DNA of 64,000 nt, taken from positions 64,001 to 128,000 of IMG/VR virus record IMGVR_UViG_2907202186_000003, one strand, 5' to 3'. The stretch's first letter is position 1. Each line of letters starts with the position of its first letter. The position numbers and the translations under genes were made by a program. This DNA comes from a virus (taxonomy: Duplodnaviria; Caudoviricetes). Positions 46,420-56,464 of this stretch are shown one piece after another. The notes beneath the pieces are model-generated. The model was not told the origin of the DNA. It saw only the letters and a program-made list of their open reading frames with translations, and made no database searches.

Positions 46420-48030
46420 ATGTATGAAAAAATGTTGCGTTTTGATGTTCATATCTCTGATGTAGAAAAAATCAATCCTCTCTTTTCTAAATGTAAGATC
46501 CGCGTATTGTATGCAGGTCTCAACAGAAATAATTCATACTTATCTCGCAAATCAATTGAAGAGGCATTGCCATCTATGTTTAATATCCCTATTGTTGGCG
46601 AGTTTGAGCAAGAAACAGAAAACTTTGGTGGGCATGGTGGTGCAATCGATGTGTCAGGAGATAAGCCCAAATGGATCAATACTACCGTTCCTTATGGATT
46701 AGTTCCTGAAAGTGCAAACATATATTGGGAAGAAGTCGAAGAAAAAGATGGTTCCATTAATGAATATCTGGTTGTAGATAATGCGTTTTTATGGACTGGT
46801 CGCTACCCAGAAGCACAAATGTTGATCGGGCAGCAGTTCAATCAATCAATGGAGATTGAAATCCAAAAAGGAAATTATTCAAATATTAATGGACAAAAGA
46901 CGTATGAAGTAGAAAAATTCCTCTTCTCCGCTTTGTGTATTTTAGGCATCGACAAGGAATCCGATCCCAGTGGGCACGTTGAGCCATGTTTTGAATCAGC
47001 TTCGATTGTTGCATATCAACTAGATAAAGATAAGTTTAAAGATGATTTTCAAAGAATGTTAAAAGAGCTCAAATTTTCGTTAAATGAATCATCCTCTTCT
47101 GAGGTTAAAATAAATGATTCGCAAGGAGGAAATAAAGTGGAAGAAATTCTAAAAATGCTGGAGCCTTACAGTTTGACATTGGAGGACTTGCAAGCGAAAG
47201 GAATTAACCACGAAGACTTCTCTCTTGAGGAACTTGAAGACAAGGTAAAGACTGAATTTACAGTTGCAGATGAAGGATCTCCATCTGAAAATAAAACGCC
47301 TAATACTTTTACACTTACTGGTTCTCAATTGTTTGAAGAAGTTAGTCGTGAAATTTCTAATTTCGGCAGCATTGTCGATGAATATTGGGGATTCGAGTAT
47401 CCTAAGTATGCTCTTGTAGATATTGATACCGAAAAATCCCATGTAATTGCTTATGATTATGAAAAATGGTATACCGTTGGTTTCTCCTACTCCGTAACAG
47501 GTGATAAGGTATCTATTGATCAAGCATCCATGCAGCGATTCAAAGTTAATTATGTTCCAATGGATCTATCTACTGAATCCCCTACCCTATTCAGTGAGTC
47601 TATTAAGAATTTTGCTAATCAAATTAAGTCTCACTCTGAAGAAAGAACAAAGAATAGGTTCGAATCGCAATTATCTGATAAAGACCAAGAGATTGAATCT
47701 TTGAACCAGACCTATAAGCAATTGCAAGAAGAATTCTCTAAAGTCTCTTCGGAGTATTCCACAAAACTCCAAAAGGAACGCGAGGATGTTGAAAATGCCC
47801 TTTTCTCTTCTTTCGCAAATGAATTGTCCGAAGAAGAGATGAAGCCTGTTAAAGAATCAAAGGAACAGTTCACACTTGAACAAATTGAAGAAAAACTCTT
47901 CACACTAGTTGGTAAGAAAAAAGCAAAACTTAATTTTAGCATCGAGACTAAACCAGTTATCGACATTGAAATAAAGAATGAAAAAGTCAAAAAGTCTGGG
48001 AAGTCTTATGATGTTCTGTTTGAAGACTAA
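46420..48030 (+). CDS. Prohead protease/scaffold (YonD-like)
   Basis: G.NRN.S, LWTGRY, QSMEI, VEPCFE; coiled-coil C-terminus. Confidence 0.7.
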   Translation: MYEKMLRFDVHISDVEKINPLFSKCKIRVLYAGLNRNNSYLSRKSIEEALPSMFNIPIVGEFEQETENFGGHGGAIDVSGDKPKWINTTVPYGLVPESANIYWEEVEEKDGSINEYLVVDNAFLWTGRYPEAQMLIGQQFNQSMEIEIQKGNYSNINGQKTYEVEKFLFSALCILGIDKESDPSGHVEPCFESASIVAYQLDKDKFKDDFQRMLKELKFSLNESSSSEVKINDSQGGNKVEEILKMLEPYSLTLEDLQAKGINHEDFSLEELEDKVKTEFTVADEGSPSENKTPNTFTLTGSQLFEEVSREISNFGSIVDEYWGFEYPKYALVDIDTEKSHVIAYDYEKWYTVGFSYSVTGDKVSIDQASMQRFKVNYVPMDLSTESPTLFSESIKNFANQIKSHSEERTKNRFESQLSDKDQEIESLNQTYKQLQEEFSKVSSEYSTKLQKEREDVENALFSSFANELSEEEMKPVKESKEQFTLEQIEEKLFTLVGKKKAKLNFSIETKPVIDIEIKNEKVKKSGKSYDVLFED

Positions 48031-48115
48031 ATCTTAAAACGTTACTCAATTATTAAATACACCAAAATGGTGTGTTTTTTATTTTCTTTTAAAAACAAGG
48101 AGGATTTTATAAATT

Positions 48116-48586
48116 ATGGCGATTCGCAAAGATAAAATGCAGTCTGTTGTAGCAGGTAATATTGAAAGTGTAGTTCTTGCTGCGGATACTCAAAATGGTC
48201 AAGTTGTTACTCTGGGTTCTCCAGTAGTAGGAGAGCGTGAACTGGTAAATGGTGTAGCTCCCACTGATGTAGTTACTCAGGAAATTGTAATCATCTCCTC
48301 TCCTGAAATTGTTTACGAGGCAGGAAAAGGGATTCTTGATTTCGTTAATAAGGCAGGTAAACCAGCTCGTGCAGATCATTTCACTGTTGGTGATAATGTA
48401 ACAGTAACTGATGATGTGATTGATGGCACTAGTGTAGTTGATAAATTCCTTATTCCTGTGAATGGTAAAACTAAACTTGCCCATGCAAATGATCTTACTG
48501 GTGGAACTCGCTTCGCTGCGGTAGTTATCGGTAAAGGTAAAGTCTACGGTCAACCAGCAACCACATTCCGTGTTGTACAAGCCTAA
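48116..48586 (+). CDS. Head decoration protein (YonC-like)
   Basis: Position before the capsid gene; beta-rich. Confidence 0.6.
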   Translation: MAIRKDKMQSVVAGNIESVVLAADTQNGQVVTLGSPVVGERELVNGVAPTDVVTQEIVIISSPEIVYEAGKGILDFVNKAGKPARADHFTVGDNVTVTDDVIDGTSVVDKFLIPVNGKTKLAHANDLTGGTRFAAVVIGKGKVYGQPATTFRVVQA

Positions 48587-48622
48587 TAACATAAACATAC
48601 ATATAGGAGGAATAATATTATA

Positions 48623-49606
48623 ATGGAAAACCAAAATGCAATTATTGATTTGGCAATTGACCTTGCAAAAGGTTCTGTAGCTACTTACTCGAAGGAAGAA
48701 GCAAACGAAAAACTTCGTGAAGCTTTGAATAAACTTACTGGTTCCGCAGATGGAAAGTTTGACGCTAAGAAGTTCCGTAGAAATAAAAACGAAATCTTTG
48801 AGATTATCGAAGAAGTTGTTGACGCTCGTGTAGAGGAAGGTATCAAAGATCAATTCGATCAATTCGTTGATTATCGTTCGACTGCTTTTGGCGATAAATT
48901 GTCCTTTACACCTGAATCTGATGAACTGTTTGAAGTTGCTAAAATTGCAGGTGGTACTAATAACCTTCGCCGCCAACGTATTGCTGAAGGACAACCTTAC
49001 CAAATTGATACCGATTGGTATGGAGTAGCAATCTACGAGGAGCTAGAACGATTCCTTGCTGGTCGTGTTGATTGGGTTAAGCTTGTGAACAGAGTTGAAA
49101 CTTCGTTCAAGGCAAAAATTACTGAACAAATCTTCAATGCCGTCAAAGCGGCTTACAACGGTTTGACGGCCCCATACAAACACACCGGCTCCTGGGATGT
49201 AGATGAATTTAATACACTCGTAGAGCATGTTCGTGCCCAAACAGGGATGAACCCAATGGTAATTGGTACTCGTCTTGCAGTACAAAAAGCAGTCCCTGCA
49301 TACGTTTCTGAAGATATGAAAAATTCTCGTAACGCTGATGGATACTTTAAAGAGGTTGACGGTATTACATTCGGTATTATGCCACAAGCTCATAAAGTTG
49401 GCACTGATGAATTCGCAATTGATAATAACTTCCTACTTGTTCTTCCAAATGGCAATGAGAAAATCGTGAAATTTGTTATGGAAGGCGTAGCATTGATTGA
49501 TGAGGCAATCGGTAATAAAGATGATTCCAAGGAATATGAACTGCGTAAGAAATATGGCGTAGGCGTAGAGACGGCTGCAAAATACGGAGTATATATCCTC
49601 GCTTAA
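48623..49606 (+). CDS. Major capsid protein (YonB-like)
   Basis: 327 aa; IFEIIEE, RFLAGR.DW; followed by a terminator. Confidence 0.8.
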   Translation: MENQNAIIDLAIDLAKGSVATYSKEEANEKLREALNKLTGSADGKFDAKKFRRNKNEIFEIIEEVVDARVEEGIKDQFDQFVDYRSTAFGDKLSFTPESDELFEVAKIAGGTNNLRRQRIAEGQPYQIDTDWYGVAIYEELERFLAGRVDWVKLVNRVETSFKAKITEQIFNAVKAAYNGLTAPYKHTGSWDVDEFNTLVEHVRAQTGMNPMVIGTRLAVQKAVPAYVSEDMKNSRNADGYFKEVDGITFGIMPQAHKVGTDEFAIDNNFLLVLPNGNEKIVKFVMEGVALIDEAIGNKDDSKEYELRKKYGVGVETAAKYGVYILA

Positions 49607-49613
49607 TTTTCAA

Positions 49614-49640
49614 TTTTAGGAGGGCTCTCCCCTCCTAAAA
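49614..49640 (+). terminator. Hairpin terminator after the capsid gene
   Basis: TTTTAGGAGGG-CTCTC-CCCTCCTAAAA. Confidence 0.6.
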
Positions 49641-49650
49641 TAATTAACCT

Positions 49651-50187
49651 TTGAAGGGAGTAAATATATTGGCAAAGCAATCTATGAGTATAAATAAATC
49701 AGAAAATAAAGAACAATCTCAAGAACAGAAAAAAACACGTCAAAAGTTAGACGAGAATGTTTTGGTACCTGTTTCCAGTAATGTTAAAGGTGGTTTGATT
49801 TATAAATCTCCTCGTTCCGGTCAAGTATGGAAATTTACCGACTTTGGCGATGAGGACGTTATGGAATTAAGTGAACTCAGAACTATGCTTTCTTCTCAAC
49901 GAGCTTTTCTTGAAAAGGGTTGGCTTAAAGTTATGGATCAGGAAGCAATTGACTACTTGAATCTTGCTAGATTTCAGAAAAATGTAGTTGATCTAGATGA
50001 TATTGATCATATTCTTGAACAATCACCAGAACAAATCAAGCAAGTAATTAAAGAAGCCAACACAAACACTAAGTCATTAATTTTCGGTTTCGCTAGGGAC
50101 AAATATGTACTCGGAGAACTGAGAGATGTACATATTATTAAAGCGATTGAAGAAGGTTTAGGTCAAAAACTAGACCCTAATAACTAA
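49651..50187 (+). CDS. YonA-like virion-associated protein
   Basis: Synteny. Confidence 0.55.
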   Translation: MKGVNILAKQSMSINKSENKEQSQEQKKTRQKLDENVLVPVSSNVKGGLIYKSPRSGQVWKFTDFGDEDVMELSELRTMLSSQRAFLEKGWLKVMDQEAIDYLNLARFQKNVVDLDDIDHILEQSPEQIKQVIKEANTNTKSLIFGFARDKYVLGELRDVHIIKAIEEGLGQKLDPNN

Positions 50188-50192
50188 TTGGG

Positions 50193-50618
50193 GTGTTGCT
50201 AGTGGGAACTCAATTTGAAGATATTTACGATGTATTTCTAAGTCAGATTTCAGACTCGATTTTTTTGGAGAAAGATTCTGATGATAATTTAAAATATCGT
50301 TATTTGCTAAACAGCATCCCCCGTTTCAAAAAGTGTAGACAAGATTTATCTAAGCGTGACTCAGAGTCATTTGATGAAGCATTGAACGATGAAGATATTT
50401 TAATTTTAGGGACTTTAATGGTTGTTGAATACTTAAATCCTCTAATCATTTCAATTGAGAATCTTAAACAATTCATGTCATCTAAGGATTTCTCTATGAC
50501 TTCTCAAGCAGCGCATCTTAAGCAATTATCAGACATTAGAGAGATAAAGCGTAAAGAAGCAGATAAATTGATCTTGGATTATACATACAACAACGGCAAC
50601 CTTGGTAACTTGAAATGA
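50193..50618 (+). CDS. Head-tail adaptor (putative)
   Basis: T.F..IYD.FL..I.D, KDF...SQA; synteny. Confidence 0.55.
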   Translation: MLLVGTQFEDIYDVFLSQISDSIFLEKDSDDNLKYRYLLNSIPRFKKCRQDLSKRDSESFDEALNDEDILILGTLMVVEYLNPLIISIENLKQFMSSKDFSMTSQAAHLKQLSDIREIKRKEADKLILDYTYNNGNLGNLK

Positions 50619-51805
50619 GTTACAAAGATAAGTATAAAGTCCGCGATAAAATGTATGGAGTGAATGTTAGAGACATTAGGGTTCATAGTAGCAATCTAAA
50701 TCTATCTTCAATTTTTAAGGATTCGCCAGTCTATTATCAAGTAGCTGATATTATTTCGAATGAGAAATACGATCTTCAAATTACTGATAATAGTAACGCA
50801 ACAGATACGAAAAAATTCATCACTCCTTTCAGCTCACTAATCGAACTAGGTATAACGATCGATTGGAAAAACGATAAGTGGATTGTTATTCATTTTGATG
50901 AAAATAGTGAAATCTACAAGAGTGGGATATTGCGAAAATGCTTATCTACTATAAAATGGCAAGAATCAAATGGCGAAGTTAATGAAACCTTCTTTACTTA
51001 CACAACAACTGCATTAGGTAACTTCGGAGTCGACAATGGTAAGATAGTTACACTCGACAACGAGAGAAGACAATTGACCATACAAAATAACGAAAATACC
51101 TATGAGTTCAAGAAAGGTAAAAGATTTATATTTGATGACCGTGCATGGAGAATTAGTTCAATAGACAAGCTCGATGATAACCTAATTTATCTGGTTCTTG
51201 ATGCTGATAATATCGATCCTTCTAAAGATAATGTAGAGCTCAGAATTGCTGACTATGTCAAACCAAACTATGTCATCAATCTTAATCAAACAAGCATTTC
51301 ATTAAAACCAGATGACTCTTTTCAATTGTCGGTGTCAGTCACAAACAACAATAAACTTATGTCTTCCCCTCTACTCTCCTTTACCTCATCTGATTTTAAC
51401 ATTTGCACTATTGATGATTACGGCCTTATTTCCGCTATATCCGAAGGTAATGCGACTATTAATGTTTCCTATAAAGACATAAGTACAACTTTAGATGTTG
51501 TGGTTGTTCCACTTCAAACACACAATTATTCTGTTGTCATTAATGGCGATGTTTCAATTACAAAGTCCAAGACTAAGGCTTACAGTTGTGAATTCTATGA
51601 TAACGAACTAGCTGTGCAGATGGATGGAGTTTTCAGTTTAACTGATGTAAATAACAAACCAACTTCTCTGGCTACTATCACAACTCAATCAAACAACTCG
51701 TGTATTATTCGTGGTGATTCCATCGGTTATATTTTGTTACATGTATCCAATGCTGATGGATCTGTAACTATGACAAAACAAATCCAAATAAAATCTGCTA
51801 TCTAA
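50615..51805 (+). CDS. Head closure-like protein with Ig-like (Big_2) domain
   Basis: F.SSD..I.T.D..G.I.A...G.ATI. Confidence 0.6.
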   Translation: MSYKDKYKVRDKMYGVNVRDIRVHSSNLNLSSIFKDSPVYYQVADIISNEKYDLQITDNSNATDTKKFITPFSSLIELGITIDWKNDKWIVIHFDENSEIYKSGILRKCLSTIKWQESNGEVNETFFTYTTTALGNFGVDNGKIVTLDNERRQLTIQNNENTYEFKKGKRFIFDDRAWRISSIDKLDDNLIYLVLDADNIDPSKDNVELRIADYVKPNYVINLNQTSISLKPDDSFQLSVSVTNNNKLMSSPLLSFTSSDFNICTIDDYGLISAISEGNATINVSYKDISTTLDVVVVPLQTHNYSVVINGDVSITKSKTKAYSCEFYDNELAVQMDGVFSLTDVNNKPTSLATITTQSNNSCIIRGDSIGYILLHVSNADGSVTMTKQIQIKSAI

Positions 51806-51809
51806 GGAG

Positions 51810-52286
51810 GTGAGTGTGATGAGCAGACTTGAAAATCTAAGTAAAGACAAAGAAACCATTATGTTGAGACTTATCGACTCACCCGACTTATGTAAGGCAC
51901 TTTACTATCGCAATAGCGATTTTTTGGATCAATCCGACATTGAGGATACTAGTGAGTTACTGTACAAGAACATCTATCCGTTTAGTACCGTTCCTGAATT
52001 AAGCAAGGACAGAATGTCCTATGTGACTATGGCCCTTAGAAATTATGGATACATTAACAATGTCTTTAGGCGAGGATACGTTTATTTCTACGTAATTATC
52101 CATAAGGATTTGCTAAGAACCGAATATGGATTTCTAAGAAATGATTTCATTTTAAACGAAATAGATAGGTTGATGAACGAAAAGCGCGGAATCGGGATTG
52201 GTAAGACGAGGTTTTATAAGATGGATGAGATGTATGTAAATGATAGCTATACTGGTTATTACACCTCTTATAAATTGGTCGATTAA
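51810..52286 (+). CDS. Tail completion/terminator (putative)
   Basis: Synteny. Confidence 0.5.
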   Translation: MSVMSRLENLSKDKETIMLRLIDSPDLCKALYYRNSDFLDQSDIEDTSELLYKNIYPFSTVPELSKDRMSYVTMALRNYGYINNVFRRGYVYFYVIIHKDLLRTEYGFLRNDFILNEIDRLMNEKRGIGIGKTRFYKMDEMYVNDSYTGYYTSYKLVD

Positions 52287-52289
52287 GAA

Positions 52290-53003
52290 ATGAATCATGA
52301 AGATCTGAAACTTAAATTACTATCCAATTCCCCTATCTATTTATCAGGCGCAGGTATCATAAATATCCCCTCCGTAAGAACAATCATTGATATCGGACTA
52401 AATGAGTATAATATTCGACTCTCCCATTTATTGATCGACAAGAGCTACCTAAAAGAGAGTATCGACAATATTTCCAACTTCGATATCTTCTTCGCTAACT
52501 GCTATCACAACACATCTTTTAGATCTAATAGTTTCGACTTACTGCGTTTATATTTTGCAACAGAGTGTTCTTTAGAACAAGACGATTACAGTATCTCTAT
52601 AACTATTGGTGACAAAGGTCATTTAGATCATTCGAATTTCGATGAATTTCAAGAAATGATAAGTACCGCCCACAACATACGACCATCTAATGAAGCTGAG
52701 TTTAAACCCGGCAATTCAAAGGCCCAAGAAATGGTAGATATGATTCTCAAGAATAGAAAGAAGCAGCCTAAACCAAAAGAAAAGATGGACTTACATAGCA
52801 TAATTTCTGGACTTGCATGGAAAAGCAATGGACTTAATATTCTAAATGTTTTTGATTTGTCTATTTATCAAATCTACAATGGCCTACAAGTTACCGATAA
52901 CATCGATAATTACCATCATACTCTAAATGGAATATATGCAGGAACAATTGAAACTAAAAATATTAAAATATCTGATTTGCATTGGGCAAATAAATCTAAT
53001 TAA
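52290..53003 (+). CDS. Tail-module protein (YomV-like)
   Basis: Synteny. Confidence 0.5.
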   Translation: MNHEDLKLKLLSNSPIYLSGAGIINIPSVRTIIDIGLNEYNIRLSHLLIDKSYLKESIDNISNFDIFFANCYHNTSFRSNSFDLLRLYFATECSLEQDDYSISITIGDKGHLDHSNFDEFQEMISTAHNIRPSNEAEFKPGNSKAQEMVDMILKNRKKQPKPKEKMDLHSIISGLAWKSNGLNILNVFDLSIYQIYNGLQVTDNIDNYHHTLNGIYAGTIETKNIKISDLHWANKSN

Positions 53004-53023
53004 CTAATAGGAGTGATACATTA

Positions 53024-53827
53024 ATGGGTGCACCAAATGTATGGGCAATTAAAGAAGTAGCACTTGCAACATTTTATGATCTAAAGACAGAAAAAGCTAA
53101 GGTTCAACTTCGAAACTTGAAAACAGCGGGAATTGAAAATTCTGGGGAAACGAAATATGCCCAAGGTGGTCGTGGAAACACTAAGGTTGTAGGGTTTTCA
53201 GGAAACCGAGGAGGAAAAGTAACTCTTCAAGACTGTGTATTTACTAATGAAGTTATCGCGATGATGACAGGGAACGATATTAAAACAGGTGCAACTAATG
53301 TAATTCAGCGTCAAGAATTGAAAGTGGTAGCTAACAAAGCAACACTTGATTATACTCCTGTGAATGTTACAAATGGATTGATTAGTGTATACAAACTCAA
53401 CGAAGACGGTACACATGGCGATGAGATTACTTTTACAAAAGGAACTGTAGCAACAACTAACTATACGCTAGCAGCAAAGGTACTGTCATTCTTCGCAAGT
53501 GATCTCGAAGACGGATCTGATATCGTTGCATACTATAATGTAGCCACTGATAGTACGGCAAAAACAATCACCGTTTCTACAGATAAGTTTGCTGGCTCTT
53601 ATAAAGTTGTTCTCGATTGCTTGGTTCGTAACACTGTAAATGAGGAAGATTATGCAGCCCAGATTGTAATCAACAAAGCAAAAATGGAGGACAATTGGAA
53701 GATCGATACTAGCGCCGATGGTGACCCTTCCGTATTTGATATTCCACTTGAAATGCTAAAACCAGCCAAAGGTAATGAGATGTATACAATGACAATTTAT
53801 GACGAGGCTCTAATCCCAAACCCATAA
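53024..53827 (+). CDS. Major tail tube protein (YomU-like)
   Basis: GG.GN, GDPSVF motifs; position. Confidence 0.75.
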   Translation: MGAPNVWAIKEVALATFYDLKTEKAKVQLRNLKTAGIENSGETKYAQGGRGNTKVVGFSGNRGGKVTLQDCVFTNEVIAMMTGNDIKTGATNVIQRQELKVVANKATLDYTPVNVTNGLISVYKLNEDGTHGDEITFTKGTVATTNYTLAAKVLSFFASDLEDGSDIVAYYNVATDSTAKTITVSTDKFAGSYKVVLDCLVRNTVNEEDYAAQIVINKAKMEDNWKIDTSADGDPSVFDIPLEMLKPAKGNEMYTMTIYDEALIPNP

Positions 53828-54324
53828 GTCCTCGCACTCTTGGTACATTGAAGGCGGGGACTGATCTTGTTCTGAACACTGGATTTGGAGCCAGTTTGGA
53901 TACAACGCAAGCAGGAACAACGGGTGGATCATGTGTTAAATTTGAATATGGCGACAAGGGAAACGGTAAAGCTACAATCAGCGGTGGAGTGATTGAGGGG
54001 ATATTGGGCAACAAAGCAGGTCAATATACTGTTAGAGCGAGAGTCAAAGTAACTTCTACAACTTCTACAACTCCTATCTTTGTTTTAAGTATGCAAAATC
54101 TAAATACAATGACAATATTTGAGAGATATAAAGGCGCTGGTGAGCCAAGTAATGAACAGGTAATGTTTTCTCCAAGTCAGATGAAAACTGAATGGAATTG
54201 GGTAGAACTTCCTTTCTATTGGGATGGTATACAACCAATTGAATTATGGACAGGCCGAAGAGGTGGCTATGAACCTGATTTAGTATTTTGGGAAGACAAA
54301 GTTGAATTCGTTTCAATGGATTAA
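53815..54324 (+). CDS. -1 frameshift extension of the tail tube (carbohydrate-binding-like domain)
   Basis: Slippery C CCA AAC at 53815-53821; the -1 frame is open into ORF 53848..54324. Confidence 0.7.
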   Translation, partial: PKPISPRTLGTLKAGTDLVLNTGFGASLDTTQAGTTGGSCVKFEYGDKGNGKATISGGVIEGILGNKAGQYTVRARVKVTSTTSTTPIFVLSMQNLNTMTIFERYKGAGEPSNEQVMFSPSQMKTEWNWVELPFYWDGIQPIELWTGRRGGYEPDLVFWEDKVEFVSMD

Positions 54325-54349
54325 GAGAGGGTATCCCCCTCTCTTTTTT
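54323..54349 (+). terminator. Intrinsic terminator
   Basis: AGAGAGGG-TATCC-CCCTCTCT followed by a T run. Confidence 0.7.
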
Positions 54350-54459
54350 GTGTTTTGATATATTATTTTGATTTATAAGGCATTTTTAGACTCTACTCAT
54401 TTGTAAAAATGAGATTTTTCAAAAAAAGTGTCTTATGACACAACTATTTAAAAACGGGA

Positions 54460-54945
54460 GTGAGTTTTACAATGGCAAAAACAAAAAAGCTTACAATTGC
54501 TGAACTCGACAAGATGGAAAACGAACTAAATCAGAAAGAGACAATTAAGATTCTGGATGGCAAATACGAAGTCAACATCCACAAAGTATTTAAGGATAGT
54601 GATATTGAGGATATGCTTCTCAATTACATGACTATTTTACAGGAACTCAATAAATCACCAGAAGCTAATTTGAAGAATAGTGCCTCCCTCTATATAACAC
54701 TGATTCTACGTCATTTTACCGACTTGCCAATTCCTGAATCTAATGAAATCGATGAGCTTATCAGAATTACCAAAGTGTTGAAAAATAAAGGCATCACAAC
54801 AGAAGTAACTGAATCTCTTCCCAAAGATCAGTTAGAATATTTAGGCACCAGAGCACAGGAAGCATCCGTAGCCCTTGAAAAACTTATCAAAGGAGCTGAG
54901 ACTAATGGCGGCTCAGAATATGAAACAACTGGAGTCATTAATTAA
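54460..54945 (+). CDS. Tail assembly chaperone (putative)
   Basis: Position between tail tube and tape measure. Confidence 0.5.
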   Translation: MSFTMAKTKKLTIAELDKMENELNQKETIKILDGKYEVNIHKVFKDSDIEDMLLNYMTILQELNKSPEANLKNSASLYITLILRHFTDLPIPESNEIDELIRITKVLKNKGITTEVTESLPKDQLEYLGTRAQEASVALEKLIKGAETNGGSEYETTGVIN

Positions 54946-55336
54946 GAAAAAGGTATCTAATGCGCTCATGACTGATGTTGCACCCAGGGCAAAGAATACC
55001 ATGAAAGAAAAGATCGATGACTGCGTATATTCCGTCTACTCACCCACCATGTACGAACGTGAGAAAGAGAATGGTGGTCTTACAGATGATGCGAATATTC
55101 TTATCTCATTAATAGGCGATACCACACTATCTGTTGAAAGTCATCGTATGGACGGAGATCGAAATGTTAGTGAGATTGTTGAATCTGGAGTTGGCTACCA
55201 ATATGATTTCGAGTATAACGGAAGACCAAGACGTTTTACTGAAGCAACCAGAGAAGAGTTAAGAGATACCGGCAGCCACATAGCGGCGTTATATAGCGGA
55301 TTAAAGAAGCAGGGCCTTGATGTTAAAGTTAGATAA
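54875..55336 (+). CDS. HK97-gp10-like tail protein (likely starts MAAQNM)
   Basis: VY..Y.P..YER, PR.F motifs. Confidence 0.55.
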   Translation: MKNLSKELRLMAAQNMKQLESLIKKKVSNALMTDVAPRAKNTMKEKIDDCVYSVYSPTMYEREKENGGLTDDANILISLIGDTTLSVESHRMDGDRNVSEIVESGVGYQYDFEYNGRPRRFTEATREELRDTGSHIAALYSGLKKQGLDVKVR

Positions 55337-55369
55337 AAGAGTTATTTCATAAAGATAAAAATACACAAG

Positions 55370-56386
55370 TTGGTGATTCAATTGAGTAAGAAAGATGTTA
55401 AGAAAAACACATTGCGTGAACCCGCAAAGAAACTTGCAGATGTCACTGAAGAGATGTGGTTAAAAGTAAACGATGATTATAGAACTCTTGTCGAAGAATT
55501 CCTAACTGTCCAGGACTTGAGTAAGGCTTCTAAATCTCAGTACAAAAGTGTTTTGCGTCAATTTGGTTGGTATATGTATGATTCGATGAACAACAAATTC
55601 TTCTATAAAATATCTAAGCGTGACTTCATGAGATATCTTAGTTATATTCGCGACAACAGAAAGATGTCTTCGTCTGCAATCGGCATTCGTAAGTCGGTGG
55701 TTTCAAGTTTATGTAACTATATTGAAAATGTAGTTGCTGAGGACGATGGAAATTACAAGATGTTTAGAAACTTTACTCGTGGCCTCCCTCCTATTCCGAA
55801 GAACCGAGTATACGAAAAAGTAAAAGTAACTCGCGATGAATATGACATGATGATGAAACTCCTTGAAGAAGACGGCAACTTGTTAGGAATGGCTTGGTTA
55901 GCTACAGCATTTCTAGTTGGAGCAAGGCGCTCAGAAATTATTCAATTTAAGACTGAGATCCTTGAGTATAGCGTTCCAGAAGGTCAAAGCTATGTTCTTT
56001 CTCATATTGTTCGTGGAAAGGGACCATCAACAGATGGAAAAAAATTGGAATATATGATACCACTTGAAGTGTTGCCTTATTGGAAAAAATGGATTGAATC
56101 CAGAGGATATGAAAGCGAATTTGTATTCTCTACTCGATACGACAATGATATTAAGGCAATGTCTTCTGCCTGGGCAAATGATTTTTGTACAAATACCCTT
56201 TCAGATATGTTAGAACGTCGAATCAATGTACATATTTTTAAGAATTCTTGTATAACTTACCTCCTAGAGTCTGGAGTTCCGATGCATTTGGTCTCTAAAT
56301 ATGTAGCTCATCACAATGATATCTCAACAACGCAAATATACGATCTTCGAGATTTTGAAGAAGAGAAGAATCAAATATTCGGATAA
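55370..56386 (+). CDS. yomM: Tyrosine recombinase (YomM-like) inside the tail module
   Basis: GARRSE, RGKG, HIFK (HxxK), HH, QIY; C-terminus YDLRDFEEEKNQIF. Confidence 0.8.
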   Translation: MVIQLSKKDVKKNTLREPAKKLADVTEEMWLKVNDDYRTLVEEFLTVQDLSKASKSQYKSVLRQFGWYMYDSMNNKFFYKISKRDFMRYLSYIRDNRKMSSSAIGIRKSVVSSLCNYIENVVAEDDGNYKMFRNFTRGLPPIPKNRVYEKVKVTRDEYDMMMKLLEEDGNLLGMAWLATAFLVGARRSEIIQFKTEILEYSVPEGQSYVLSHIVRGKGPSTDGKKLEYMIPLEVLPYWKKWIESRGYESEFVFSTRYDNDIKAMSSAWANDFCTNTLSDMLERRINVHIFKNSCITYLLESGVPMHLVSKYVAHHNDISTTQIYDLRDFEEEKNQIFG

Positions 56387-56464
56387 CTTCTGTGAAATCC
56401 ATCTTTCATCAAAAAAATTTAGACAACATAAAAAAGGAAGGGTATCCCCTTCCCTTTCTCTACT

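Noticed and set aside
48107-49003. 298-aa minus-strand ORF and other antisense ORFs over structural genes
   Set aside because: Shadow frames of codon-biased genes, with no RBS or recognisable motifs.
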